From Sphingomonadaceae bacterium (GTDB lineage Bacteria; Pseudomonadota; Alphaproteobacteria; Sphingomonadales; Sphingomonadaceae): a DNA stretch of 64,000 bases. The stretch lies in contig JBGSSR010000078.1 in NCBI GenBank assembly GCA_041736905.1, forward strand, positions 1,283 to 65,282, read 5' to 3'. Below are positions 38,123-46,956 of this stretch, in pieces. The notes beneath the pieces are model-generated. The model did no database searches. It was not told the origin of the DNA and was given only the letters and a program-made list of their open reading frames with translations. How positions within the stretch are numbered: the first letter of the stretch is position 1; the number at the start of each line of letters is the position of its first letter. A program made the translations under genes and the position numbers.

Positions 38123-39038
38123 GCCCGAAAGCTGGTCCGATCGCCTGTTTGGCGGATTGAAGAAAACGTCGGGACGGCTCACCGGCAATTTGACCGGCCT
38201 TATCACGCAATCGAAACTGGACGATGCGACGCTGGATTCGATTGAGGAGGCGTTGATAGTCAGTGACCTAGGCCCTGCGACCGCCGCACAAATTCGCGCG
38301 AAACTGGCCTCCACGCGGTTTGAGCGTGGGTTGGATGAAGGCGCGCTTAAGGCCTTTGTTGCAGAGGAAATAGCAGAAATCCTGCGCCCCGTGGCAAAGC
38401 CCTTGGAGATTGAGGCCTTTCCGCGCCCGCAAGTTATCCTAGTAATTGGTGTCAATGGGTCGGGCAAAACTACGACCATCGCGAAACTCGCGCACCTTTT
38501 CTTGGAGCAAGATTACGGCGTCATGCTGGCCGCTGGCGACACCTTCCGCGCCGCCGCCATTGGGCAACTGAAAATCTGGGCGGAACGGTTGGGCGTCCCC
38601 ATCGTGTTCGGCAAAGAGGGCGGCGATGCGGCGGGCATTGTCTATGATGCCGTCAAACAGGCGACTGCGACGGGTATTGACGTGCTCATCGTCGATACCG
38701 CCGGACGGTTGCAAAACAAGACCGAATTGATGGAAGAACTGGCCAAAGTGCGCCGCGTGTTGGGCCGCCTTAACCCAGCGTCTCCGCATGATGTGGTGTT
38801 GGTGTTGGACGCCACCACGGGGCAAAATGCGTTGAGCCAAATCCAAACATTCCGCGACATGGCGGGCGTGACTGGCCTTGTCATGACCAAGCTCGACGGC
38901 ACAGCGCGCGGCGGCATGTTGGTCGCGGCGGCTAAGGAATTCGGCATGCCCATCCATGCAATCGGAGTGGGCGAGCAAATGGAAGATTTACGCCCCTTTG
39001 ACGCCGACGAATTGGCGCGGGCGATTGTTGGAGTATGA
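38112..39038 (+). CDS. ftsY: Signal recognition particle receptor FtsY
   Basis: ILVIGVNGSGKTTTIAKLA, DTFRAAA, DTAGRL and TKLDGTARGG motifs. ATG 38112 chosen; the ORF opens at 38073 inside mtaB. Confidence 0.93.
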   Translation: MAYEPESWSDRLFGGLKKTSGRLTGNLTGLITQSKLDDATLDSIEEALIVSDLGPATAAQIRAKLASTRFERGLDEGALKAFVAEEIAEILRPVAKPLEIEAFPRPQVILVIGVNGSGKTTTIAKLAHLFLEQDYGVMLAAGDTFRAAAIGQLKIWAERLGVPIVFGKEGGDAAGIVYDAVKQATATGIDVLIVDTAGRLQNKTELMEELAKVRRVLGRLNPASPHDVVLVLDATTGQNALSQIQTFRDMAGVTGLVMTKLDGTARGGMLVAAAKEFGMPIHAIGVGEQMEDLRPFDADELARAIVGV

Positions 39039-39041
39039 TGC

Positions 39042-39689
39042 GTGACTGAAGGACCGACACAAGCTCCTGCGAAAAAGCCACATGGCTTGCTCAATTTCCT
39101 GCTCGATTTTGGGCCGTTGTTGGCGTTTTTCATCGCTTATAAGTTGGCTGGCCCCGGCGACAGCATCACCAGCACGACCGAAGCGACCATAATTTCCACT
39201 GGCACATTCATGGTCGCCATCACCATCGCGCTAATCGTTTCGCAATGGAAATTGGGCAAAATCTCACCGATGATGTGGATGAGTGCGATACTCGTGCTGG
39301 GATTCGGCACCATCACCATCATTTCGGGCAGCTTTGCGTTTATTCAGCATAAGCCGACGTTCCTCTATTTGCTCTTCGCCGCCATTTTGTTCCTTGGCGT
39401 TTGGCGTGGAAAGGCGCCGTTGAAATACCTACTCGAATATGCGTTTGAGGGGTTGTCGGATGAAGGCTGGCTAAAATTGTCGCGCAATTGGGGCTTTTTC
39501 TTCATCGGCATGGCCGTTTTGAATGAGGGCATGATTGCGACGTTAACCGAGGAAATGTGGCTAACCCTGAAAGTTTGGGGCGTCACGGCGCTAACGTTCG
39601 TTTTCGGAATGGCCAACATCCCGATGTTGCTGCGCCACGGACTCAAATTGGCCGATGACGAAAAAGCGGACGATCAAGCCGGCGCATAA
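39042..39689 (+). CDS. yciB: Intracellular septation protein A (YciB/IspZ)
   Basis: About 215-aa five-TM protein. LNFLLDFGPLLAFFIAYK and the conserved ftsY-adjacent position. GTG start. Confidence 0.8.
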   Translation: MTEGPTQAPAKKPHGLLNFLLDFGPLLAFFIAYKLAGPGDSITSTTEATIISTGTFMVAITIALIVSQWKLGKISPMMWMSAILVLGFGTITIISGSFAFIQHKPTFLYLLFAAILFLGVWRGKAPLKYLLEYAFEGLSDEGWLKLSRNWGFFFIGMAVLNEGMIATLTEEMWLTLKVWGVTALTFVFGMANIPMLLRHGLKLADDEKADDQAGA

Positions 39690-39716
39690 AAAAGGCCCCG
39701 CATTTCTGCGGAGCCT
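39688..39716 (-). terminator. Rho-independent terminator of sodB (overlaps the yciB stop codon)
   Basis: Minus strand: GGCTCCGCA-GAAA-TGCGGGGCC followed by TTTTTT. Lies between convergent yciB and sodB. Confidence 0.8.
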
Positions 39717-39738
39717 CAGTAAATTCGATTGCTAAAAC

Positions 39739-40350
39739 CTAGCCAGCTTGGTCCGCGCGGCTTGCACCCTCGCCGTCCAGGTTCGTTGCCACAAAATCCC
39801 AGTCAATCGCGTTCTTCAACACGGTGTCGGCATAGTTCGGGCGCGCATTGCGGTAATCGATGTAATAGGCATGCTCCCACACATCGAGGATCAACAATGG
39901 CGTATCACCATGCGAAACGGGGCAATCGGCATCGTGATAGCTGGTCACGTGTAACTTGCCGTCTTTCAAGTTGAGCGCGGCCCAACCGCTGGCAAAATGG
40001 CCCACGGCCTCGGCCTTTAAGGCATCGCATAGTGCCTCAGTCGAGCCGAATTGTTCGTTGATCATATCCGCCAATTTGCCGGTAGGCTCTTTCTTCTCAG
40101 GCGATAGGCACAGCCAATAAAAGCTGTGGTTCCAGATTTGGCCAACTTGGTTAAACAAACCGCCCTTCGACGATTTGATGAGGTCCACCAACGACTTGCC
40201 AGCCAAGCTTTCATCGGCGGCGACCAACTCATTGGCCTTAACCACATAGGCGTTATGATGCTTGCCATGGTGATAATCAAAGGTTTCGGCGGTCAATACG
40301 TCGCCAAAGGCGTCCTTGGCATAGGGTAGTTCGGGAAGGGTGAAGGCCAT
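39739..40350 (-). CDS. sodB: Superoxide dismutase (Fe-type)
   Basis: AFTLPELPYAKDAF, HHGKHHNAYV, QIWNHSFYW and DVWEHAYYIDYRN motifs. AGGAGA RBS. Confidence 0.93.
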   Translation of the reverse strand: MAFTLPELPYAKDAFGDVLTAETFDYHHGKHHNAYVVKANELVAADESLAGKSLVDLIKSSKGGLFNQVGQIWNHSFYWLCLSPEKKEPTGKLADMINEQFGSTEALCDALKAEAVGHFASGWAALNLKDGKLHVTSYHDADCPVSHGDTPLLILDVWEHAYYIDYRNARPNYADTVLKNAIDWDFVATNLDGEGASRADQAG

Positions 40351-40443
40351 AGTTCGTCTCCTGTTTCAAAAGCAATTTTGATAATAACTGTGCGTAGCGC
40401 CGTTCGTTCCGGCCATACAACAAATTTTATGGATTAGGTCCAA

Positions 40444-41136
40444 TCACTCTGCCAATAACCAAGCGACACCGGCGCGCGCATGCAAATCGGTGCTGTCGTA
40501 AATGGGAAGGACATTCGCCTTTGTGTTCACAATCAGCGATAATTCGGTGCAGCCAAGCACCACGGCATCCGCTCCGTCCTGATCCATGTCGGTCAGGATG
40601 GTTTTCATCGCCCGTTCCGAATCGCGCGTGGCTTTGCCGAGCATGACTTCATCGTAGATAATCCTGTCGATGGTATCGACTTCGCGCATATCGGCGGGCA
40701 GCAATGACACGCCGAGTTTGACGAGGCGCTGGCGATACCAAGGCTCGCTCATCACATTGCGGGTGCCGATAAGCGCGGCGGTTTCGACTTCATCGGCGGC
40801 CATGGCCTTGCCCACTTCATCCGCGATGTGGATGATGGGAATGGCAACCGAGGCAGCCACTTCGTCATAGACCTTATGCATGGAATTGGCGCAAATGAGT
40901 AACGCCCCTGCCCCCGCAGCCTCCAACCGCTTTGCGCTTTCCGACAGGGTTGCGGCGGTGCAGGTCCAATCGTCAGGTTCGCACGTGCGACCAACGCCAG
41001 CGAAATCCAAACTTTCAATAAGGAGCGGCGCGCTGTGCATCCCGCCTTTTGCCTTGGCATAGGCAAGGTTGATGGTGCGGTAATAGATTTCCGTCGAAAT
41101 CCAGCTCATACCGCCGATTAGGCCCAATTTACGCAT
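40444..41136 (-). CDS. Aspartate/glutamate racemase family protein
   Basis: MRKLGLIGGMSWISTEIYY, ICANSMH and VVLGCTELSLIV (two catalytic Cys regions). The ORF opens at 41172. Confidence 0.82.
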   Translation of the reverse strand: MRKLGLIGGMSWISTEIYYRTINLAYAKAKGGMHSAPLLIESLDFAGVGRTCEPDDWTCTAATLSESAKRLEAAGAGALLICANSMHKVYDEVAASVAIPIIHIADEVGKAMAADEVETAALIGTRNVMSEPWYRQRLVKLGVSLLPADMREVDTIDRIIYDEVMLGKATRDSERAMKTILTDMDQDGADAVVLGCTELSLIVNTKANVLPIYDSTDLHARAGVAWLLAE

Positions 41137-41225
41137 ATCACTGTCCCTGTTTGTGTTGTGCGAAAGGCCCACCAGTTCTAACCGGCGGGCCTCTCCATTT
41201 TCATCGTCTTATAAAAGCGAATGGC

Positions 41226-42782
41226 TTAGTGCGCCATCGCCTTCACAATGTCCTCACACATTTTCTTCGCATCGGCGAGCAGCATCATGGTGTTGTCCAT
41301 GTAGAACACTTCATTGTCCACGCCGGCATAGCCAACGCCGCCCATGGAGCGTTTGATGAACAGCACAGTCTTTGCTTTTTCAACGTCCAAAACCGGCATC
41401 CCGTAAATGGGCGAGGTTTTGTCGGTCTTCGCCGCTGGATTGGTCACGTCGTTCGCGCCGATGACAAAGGCGACGTCGCATTGCGCAAATTCGCTGTTGA
41501 TGTCTTCCAACTCGAAAACATCATCATAAGGCACATTCGCCTCGGCAAGCAGGACGTTCATGTGACCCGGCATCCGGCCCGCGACAGGGTGGATGGCGAA
41601 TTTGACGCTGACCCCTTCGGCCTTCAACAGGTCGGTCATTTCGCGCAAAGCATGTTGCGCCTGCGCCACCGCCATGCCGTAGCCGGGGACGATGATGACG
41701 GTTTCCGCTTGCTTCATCAGGAATGCCGCATCCTCTGAACTGCCGCGTTTCCATGGGCGATCAACCTTTTCGCCGCCACCGGAGGCCGCGCCAGACTCCG
41801 CGCCAAAGCCGCCCGCAATCACGCTGATGAAGCTGCGGTTCATGGCCTTGCACATGATGTAAGACAGAATCGCGCCCGATGAGCCGACCAACGCGCCGGT
41901 GATAATCATCGCGGTGTTGCCGAGGGTGAAACCCATGGCTGCCGCCGCCCAACCGGAATAGCTGTTCAGCATCGACACCACCACCGGCATATCTGCGCCG
42001 CCGATGGGGATGATGAGCAGGAAACCGATCAGGAAACTAAGCGCCGTAATCGTCCAAAACACCCATGGGCTTTGATCGAACAGGAAGTATCCGATGAGGC
42101 CCAAAATCCCAGCAAGCAGGCCCAAGTTGATGACATGCCGCGCGGGCAGCATAATCGGGCTGCCCGACATATTGCCGTTGAGTTTTAGGAACGCGATGAC
42201 CGAACCACTGAACGTAATCGCGCCAATGGCGACGCCAAGGCCCAGTTCGATTGCGCTTGCAAATGCTATCGGCGAACCATTGGGTGCGAAGATATTGGCG
42301 TTTGTGGCGTCGATAATGCCGAAAGCTTCTGGATTAAGATACGCCGCCGCACCCACCAAAACCGCCGCCAAGCCAACGAGGCTGTGAAAAGCCGCGACCA
42401 ATTGCGGCATGTCAGTCATCGCAATGCGCCGCGCCGTGACGATGCCGATGACGGCACCGATGGCGATGGATCCAATGACAAGGCCGATGGTTTCAAAGTC
42501 TGGCCCAACGTAACTGTTGTTTGCGTCGCCGGTAATCATCGGCACGTGCGTGACCAGTGTCGTGACCACGGCAATCAACATCCCCGCCATACCGAAACGG
42601 TTGCCCGAACGGCTGCTTGCGGGACTAGATAAGCCGCGCAACGCCAGGATGAACAGGATGCCCGCAATAAGGTAGGCAAGGCCGACCCATGCAGGGACAG
42701 ATTCACCCGATGAAGCCAAAGCGGGGCTGGCAAACGCCATTATAGGCGCGGATATCGCGGCACGTGTAAGGAAGGAGCGCAT
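41226..42782 (-). CDS. pntB: NAD(P) transhydrogenase subunit beta
   Basis: Polytopic N-domain plus dIII block VIIVPGYGMAVAQAQH...VKFAIHPVAGRMPGHMNVLLAEA. ATG shares one nt with the pntAB stop (TAATG). Confidence 0.95.
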   Translation of the reverse strand: MRSFLTRAAISAPIMAFASPALASSGESVPAWVGLAYLIAGILFILALRGLSSPASSRSGNRFGMAGMLIAVVTTLVTHVPMITGDANNSYVGPDFETIGLVIGSIAIGAVIGIVTARRIAMTDMPQLVAAFHSLVGLAAVLVGAAAYLNPEAFGIIDATNANIFAPNGSPIAFASAIELGLGVAIGAITFSGSVIAFLKLNGNMSGSPIMLPARHVINLGLLAGILGLIGYFLFDQSPWVFWTITALSFLIGFLLIIPIGGADMPVVVSMLNSYSGWAAAAMGFTLGNTAMIITGALVGSSGAILSYIMCKAMNRSFISVIAGGFGAESGAASGGGEKVDRPWKRGSSEDAAFLMKQAETVIIVPGYGMAVAQAQHALREMTDLLKAEGVSVKFAIHPVAGRMPGHMNVLLAEANVPYDDVFELEDINSEFAQCDVAFVIGANDVTNPAAKTDKTSPIYGMPVLDVEKAKTVLFIKRSMGGVGYAGVDNEVFYMDNTMMLLADAKKMCEDIVKAMAH

Positions 42783-43066
42783 TATTTCTTCTCCTTCTTC
42801 TTATACATGGCCAGCATGCGCTCCGTCACGGCAAAGCCACCGAAGATATTGACGCTGGCGAGCACCACGGCCAGCAGACCTAGCCACTTCGCGCCCGGAA
42901 CCGCCGCCGCCGCGCTGGCAACCAGTGCGCCGACGATAATGACCGATGAAATTGCATTCGTCACCGCCATCAATGGCGTGTGCAAAGCTGGTGTCACCGA
43001 CCAAACGACGTAATAGCCAACGAAACAGGCCATCGCAAAAATGCTTAGGATGGAAATGAAGTCCAT
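42782..43066 (-). CDS. pntAB: NAD(P) transhydrogenase subunit alpha part 2 (membrane)
   Basis: 94-aa three-TM protein MDFISILSIFAMACFVGYYVVWSVTPALHTPLMAVTNAISS. Confidence 0.92.
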   Translation of the reverse strand: MDFISILSIFAMACFVGYYVVWSVTPALHTPLMAVTNAISSVIIVGALVASAAAAVPGAKWLGLLAVVLASVNIFGGFAVTERMLAMYKKKEKK

Positions 43067-43086
43067 TTGCCCCTCCCCCTTTATAG

Positions 43087-44211
43087 TTATGCGCCGGTTA
43101 GGCGTGCGTTCACGACCTTACCGCCCTGCGTCAGGCGGATGGCATTGCCGATTTCATCGTCCAGCGTGACGGTGTTCGTTTCCTTGTCCCAAAATGCGGA
43201 CAGGAAATTAAACAGGTTGCGGCTAAACAACGCGCTGGCATCCGCCGCCATGGTGGAGGGCAGATTGTTCGCGCCGATGATTTTGACGCCGTGTTTGACC
43301 ACGACTTCGCCCGCGACGCATCCCTCAACATTGCCGCCTTGTTCAGCGGCCAAGTCAACGATGACTGAGCCTGCGCGCATCGTCGCGATTTGCGCATCGC
43401 TAATGAGGCGCGGCGCGGCGCGGCCGGGGATAAGTGCGGTGGTTATAACGATGTCTTGCTTGGCGATGTGAGAGGACACCAATTCGGCCTGCGCCTTTTG
43501 ATATTCCTCGCTCATTTCGGTGGCATAGCCGCCTGACCCTTCGCCCTCGATGCCAGCGACATTTTCCACGAAGATCGGTTTCGCGCCCAGCGATTGGATT
43601 TGTTCTTTGGTCGCGGACCGCACATCGGTGGCCGATACCTGCGCACCCAAACGGCGGGCGGTGGCAATGGCTTGCAAGCCAGCAACGCCGACACCCATGA
43701 CGAAACAGCGCGCTGCGGAGACCGTGCCCGCCGCCGTCATCATCATCGGATAGACGCGGCCATAATGATAGGCCGCCTCGATCACGGATTTGTATCCGGA
43801 AAGGTTCGACTGCGACGACAGGATATCCATCGACTGCGCCCGTGTTATGCGCGGCATGAATTCCATGGCCAGCGCCTCAATGCCCAGCGCCGCATAGTCA
43901 TCCACGCGCGCACGTTGCCCGAAGGGATTTAACGAAGCCGCGACCCATGCACCCGACTTTATGCCCTTAAGCGATGTCGGCTCCGGCCCCTGAATGCCGA
44001 GGATAATGTCGGCATCCTTAGTGGCGGCAGCGCGGGAGGCGATGGTTGCGCCTGCGGCTTCATAATCGGCATCGGCAATGGACGCAGTCTCACCCGCCCC
44101 CTTTTCGACGACGAGAGTGGCACCCAAAGCCATGAATTTCTTCACTGTTTCGGGCGTAGCAGCAACGCGGCGTTCACCCGCTGCTTGCTCCTTTAAGACT
44201 GCGATTTTCAT
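43087..44211 (-). CDS. pntAA: NAD(P) transhydrogenase subunit alpha part 1 (dI)
   Basis: MKIAVLKEQAAGERRVAATPETV and the Rossmann block VMGVGVAGLQAIATARRLGA. Alternative ATG at 44226. Confidence 0.94.
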   Translation of the reverse strand: MKIAVLKEQAAGERRVAATPETVKKFMALGATLVVEKGAGETASIADADYEAAGATIASRAAATKDADIILGIQGPEPTSLKGIKSGAWVAASLNPFGQRARVDDYAALGIEALAMEFMPRITRAQSMDILSSQSNLSGYKSVIEAAYHYGRVYPMMMTAAGTVSAARCFVMGVGVAGLQAIATARRLGAQVSATDVRSATKEQIQSLGAKPIFVENVAGIEGEGSGGYATEMSEEYQKAQAELVSSHIAKQDIVITTALIPGRAAPRLISDAQIATMRAGSVIVDLAAEQGGNVEGCVAGEVVVKHGVKIIGANNLPSTMAADASALFSRNLFNFLSAFWDKETNTVTLDDEIGNAIRLTQGGKVVNARLTGA

Positions 44212-44226
44212 GGCCAATTGCGCCAA

Positions 44227-44352
44227 TCAACTGTCGAGCAAAAAGACGACGAGAGCGACAACGGCAATCGATGCGACTGTCCCCCATTTCATCAAACCTA
44301 GAAAACCCGAATAGGTTTGTTCTGCCGATTTCAGATCCGGTTTGTCCGCCAT
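44227..44352 (-). CDS. aa3-type cytochrome c oxidase subunit IV (41 aa)
   Basis: MADKPDLKSAEQTYSGFLGLMKWGTVASIAVVALVVFLLDS parallels the Paracoccus/Rhodobacter CoxIV pattern (..[23 protein letters not shown]..). GGAGGA RBS. The track ORF is extended to 44412. Confidence 0.7.
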   Translation of the reverse strand: MADKPDLKSAEQTYSGFLGLMKWGTVASIAVVALVVFLLDS

Positions 44353-44511
44353 GATGGTTCCTCCATTAAAGTCACTTTTTCTTTGCCTAGCCGCACAACC
44401 GCCATTCGGCAAGGGGGCGGCGGCATAGAAAAAATGGGGTTAGCTTAATCGGGTCTTTACCCATTCAGGTTAAGCGATGTTTTCCAACCGTGTAAGCAAG
44501 GACCGCAGAAC

Positions 44512-45936
44512 TTGGCAGATCAAGCCAGCCGCCTTCTAATGTTAGTCGATGACGAACCGGCACAATGCCGGTTAGTGGCGGCTATTGCTTCGCGCGCGGG
44601 CTGGCGCACCATATTCGCCCGCGATGCGGAAACCGCCATTGCGATGCTCGGCACGCAAGAAGGCATGATGCTGGACGCGATTCTGCTGGACCAATGGGTG
44701 CCCGGCGGCGACGCGCCATCGTTAATAGCGGAATTGAAATCGCGCCGCCCTGCTCTGCCGATTCTCTTACTGACGTCCATTGGGTCGTCGGATGCAGCAA
44801 TTCAGGCAATGCGCGCAGGGGCAACGGATTATTTGTTAAAGCCTGTGCCGTCGGAGCGGTTAGTAGCGGCCTTGGCGTTGGCCGCCGATCGGTCAAAGGA
44901 TTTCGGAGAGTTACAGCCGCTTACCGAAAAAATTGCGCAGCCGTTGGCATTTGAGGAAATTATCGGCTCCTCCACCGCATTCCGCGCCGCGCTGGCCATT
45001 GCGGCGAAAGCGGCACGCAGCCGTGTGCCGGTTCTGCTCGACGGCGAAAATGGCGTGGGCAAAGAAGTGTTCGCCGATGCCATTCAGGCCGCCAGCCCCC
45101 GTGCCAAGTTGCCTTATCTAAAGGTTGATTGCGGGGCAATTGCCGAAAATTTGCTCAATTCCATCCTGTTCGGACATGAAAAAAACGCCTTCACCGGCGC
45201 TTTTGATAAGCAAATCGGATTATTGCAACAGGCCGATGGAGGGACGTTGTTCATTGATGAAATCGACCGCCTGCCCGCCGATACGCAAGTTCGCTTGGTG
45301 CGTTTTTTGACTCGCGGTGAGATACAACCGCTGGGTTGCCCGCATAGTTATCGTATTGATGTGCGCCTGATTACCGCCACCAACAACGGCATTGAGGGGT
45401 TGGTGCGCGAAGGCACTATTCGTGAAGACCTATATTATCGTTTGAACGTCGTGCAATTGACGATACCGCCGTTGCGAGAGCGTGGGCAGGATTTGTCCGC
45501 ATTGGCGCGTCATTTCCTTGCCCGATTGGGATCGCAACCCGGTTTGCGGTCTCTAACGCTTACGGACGAGTCCGCCGCCTTGCTGCGCGCTTATGATTGG
45601 CCGGGCAATGTGCGACAATTGCAATCCGTGCTGTTCCGCGCCGCTGTCATGTGTGAGCGCGATGCTCTGACCCCAGATGACTTCCCGCAAATTGCGGCGG
45701 CGGTGGAGCAAACCGGCGATCCGGCCCGCGAAGGTAACGCTAATGATGGCATCGGCATCGCACTGTATCAAGATGACGGAAACCTGCGGCCATTGGAAGA
45801 AATCGAGGCCGATGTAATCCGGCTAGCTATTGGCCATTATCGCGGCCGTATGACGGAGGTTGCGCGGCGCTTAGGGATTGGGCGTTCAACGCTCTATCGC
45901 AAGCTCGCCGATTTGGGCATTGAAAGCGCGGCCTAA
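44512..45936 (+). CDS. Sigma-54-type enhancer-binding response regulator (REC-AAA+-Fis HTH)
   Basis: REC domain (LLMLVDDEP..., ILLDQWVPGGD, LLKP). AAA+ blocks VLLDGENGVGKE, EKNAFTGAF, GGTLFIDEI and RVI/DLYYRLNV. C-terminal HTH RRLGIGRSTLYRKL. TTG start. Confidence 0.85.
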   Translation: MADQASRLLMLVDDEPAQCRLVAAIASRAGWRTIFARDAETAIAMLGTQEGMMLDAILLDQWVPGGDAPSLIAELKSRRPALPILLLTSIGSSDAAIQAMRAGATDYLLKPVPSERLVAALALAADRSKDFGELQPLTEKIAQPLAFEEIIGSSTAFRAALAIAAKAARSRVPVLLDGENGVGKEVFADAIQAASPRAKLPYLKVDCGAIAENLLNSILFGHEKNAFTGAFDKQIGLLQQADGGTLFIDEIDRLPADTQVRLVRFLTRGEIQPLGCPHSYRIDVRLITATNNGIEGLVREGTIREDLYYRLNVVQLTIPPLRERGQDLSALARHFLARLGSQPGLRSLTLTDESAALLRAYDWPGNVRQLQSVLFRAAVMCERDALTPDDFPQIAAAVEQTGDPAREGNANDGIGIALYQDDGNLRPLEEIEADVIRLAIGHYRGRMTEVARRLGIGRSTLYRKLADLGIESAA

Positions 45937-45939
45937 TTC

Positions 45940-46485
45940 TCAATCTGGCGTGCTAGGCTTCCATTGCCGCAATTCTTCCGACACGCGCAACACATCATAG
46001 GCGGCTTGGCCCTGCGCGAACCGTTTGGCCGCCTCTGCATCGCCGGGCTTTACATCTGGGTGGCATTCTTTCGCCAGCGTCCGCCATGCCTTCTTCGCAT
46101 CCTCAAAACTGCTGTCGGGGTCCAGCCCGAACAGTTCCAACGCCCGCATTTCATCCCGCGTTCGGCTGCCATCGCCAGAGCCAGCCCAGCTATAGTGTGC
46201 GGATTCCTGAAAGCCCGAGGCGTCGCGTCGTTCGGTCCGTTCGCGTTCGGCGGCGTCCTCTTTAGACAGCCCCTCAAAATAGTCCCACCCGCGATTATAT
46301 TCCGCCGCATGCGCCTCACAAAACATCCATCGTTCGGGGCTATTCGGAGCCTTTGGCGCGGGGCATTTGCCAGGTTCGTTGCAGCCGTAACGGTCGCACA
46401 GCCGCACAGGCTCCGCCTCACGCGCGCTGCCATAGCCGCGCCAGCGTGGGAATCCCCAATCAGTCGTGCGTCCATTTCTGCTCAT
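45940..46485 (-). CDS. J-domain-containing protein (C-terminal DnaJ domain, Cys-rich N-terminal region)
   Basis: C-terminal FEDAKKAWRTLAKECHPDVKPGDAEAAKRFAQGQAAYDVL contains the HPD motif. N-terminal CDRYGCNEPGKCPAP...FCEAHAAEYN. Confidence 0.8.
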   Translation of the reverse strand: MSRNGRTTDWGFPRWRGYGSAREAEPVRLCDRYGCNEPGKCPAPKAPNSPERWMFCEAHAAEYNRGWDYFEGLSKEDAAERERTERRDASGFQESAHYSWAGSGDGSRTRDEMRALELFGLDPDSSFEDAKKAWRTLAKECHPDVKPGDAEAAKRFAQGQAAYDVLRVSEELRQWKPSTPD

Positions 46486-46557
46486 CGGTTTCCTTTAGCG
46501 AAGTGACGGGGTCATGGCCAGAATGTTTCCGCCATTGCGCCTACCAAAAGTGAAAAT

Positions 46558-46938
46558 ACCAGAGGGTCTATAAGCCGGGTTCTGTCCTCCTCCTTGCGAA
46601 GGATGTGCGACCATTCATCTCATGCGGCGATTGCTCGCGCACCTTTAGCAACCAACCCGGACGACTGCCCCGGACAAGGGTTGAGTGCAAACTCGTGTCG
46701 TCCCTATTCGGTTTTGCTCCCGGTGGGGTTTACCATGCCGCCTGTCGTTGCCGAAGACGCGGTGCGCTTTTACCGCACCCTTTCAATGTCACATGACCGA
46801 AGCCGTTGCGACCTGCTTTCTGTTGCACTGTCCCTGGGGTCGCCCCCGCCGGGTGTTATCCGGCACCGTGTGTCCGTGGAGCCCGGACTTTCCTCGAAAG
46901 TGCCAAGGCACCGTCGCGGTCGCCCAACCCTCTGGTGC
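46558..46938 (-). ncRNA. rnpB: RNase P RNA, bacterial type A
   Basis: The minus strand contains GAGGAAAGTCCGGGCTCCA (CR-I), CAGTGCAACAGAAAGCAGG, GGGTGCGGTAAAAGCGCACC, GGTAAACCCCACC and ACAGAACCCGGCTTA (CR-V). P1 forms between 5' CCAGAGGGT and 3' ACCCTCTGG. Ends are approximate to within a few nt. Confidence 0.92.
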
Positions 46939-46956
46939 GGAGGCCCTACATCAGGT

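Noticed and set aside
40351-40443. Fur-box-like TTGATAATAAC upstream of sodB
   Set aside because: Only about 7 of 19 positions match the classical Fur box, and there is no dyad partner. Not enough to call a site.
44353-44511. Search for a sigma-54 (-24/-12) promoter between coxIV-pnt and the divergent enhancer-binding protein gene; other TGGCAC occurrences in the window were also checked
   Set aside because: TTGGAAAACATCGCT has GG-GC spacing one nt short and poor flanks. Other TGGCAC hits lie inside coding regions without a TTGC at the correct distance.
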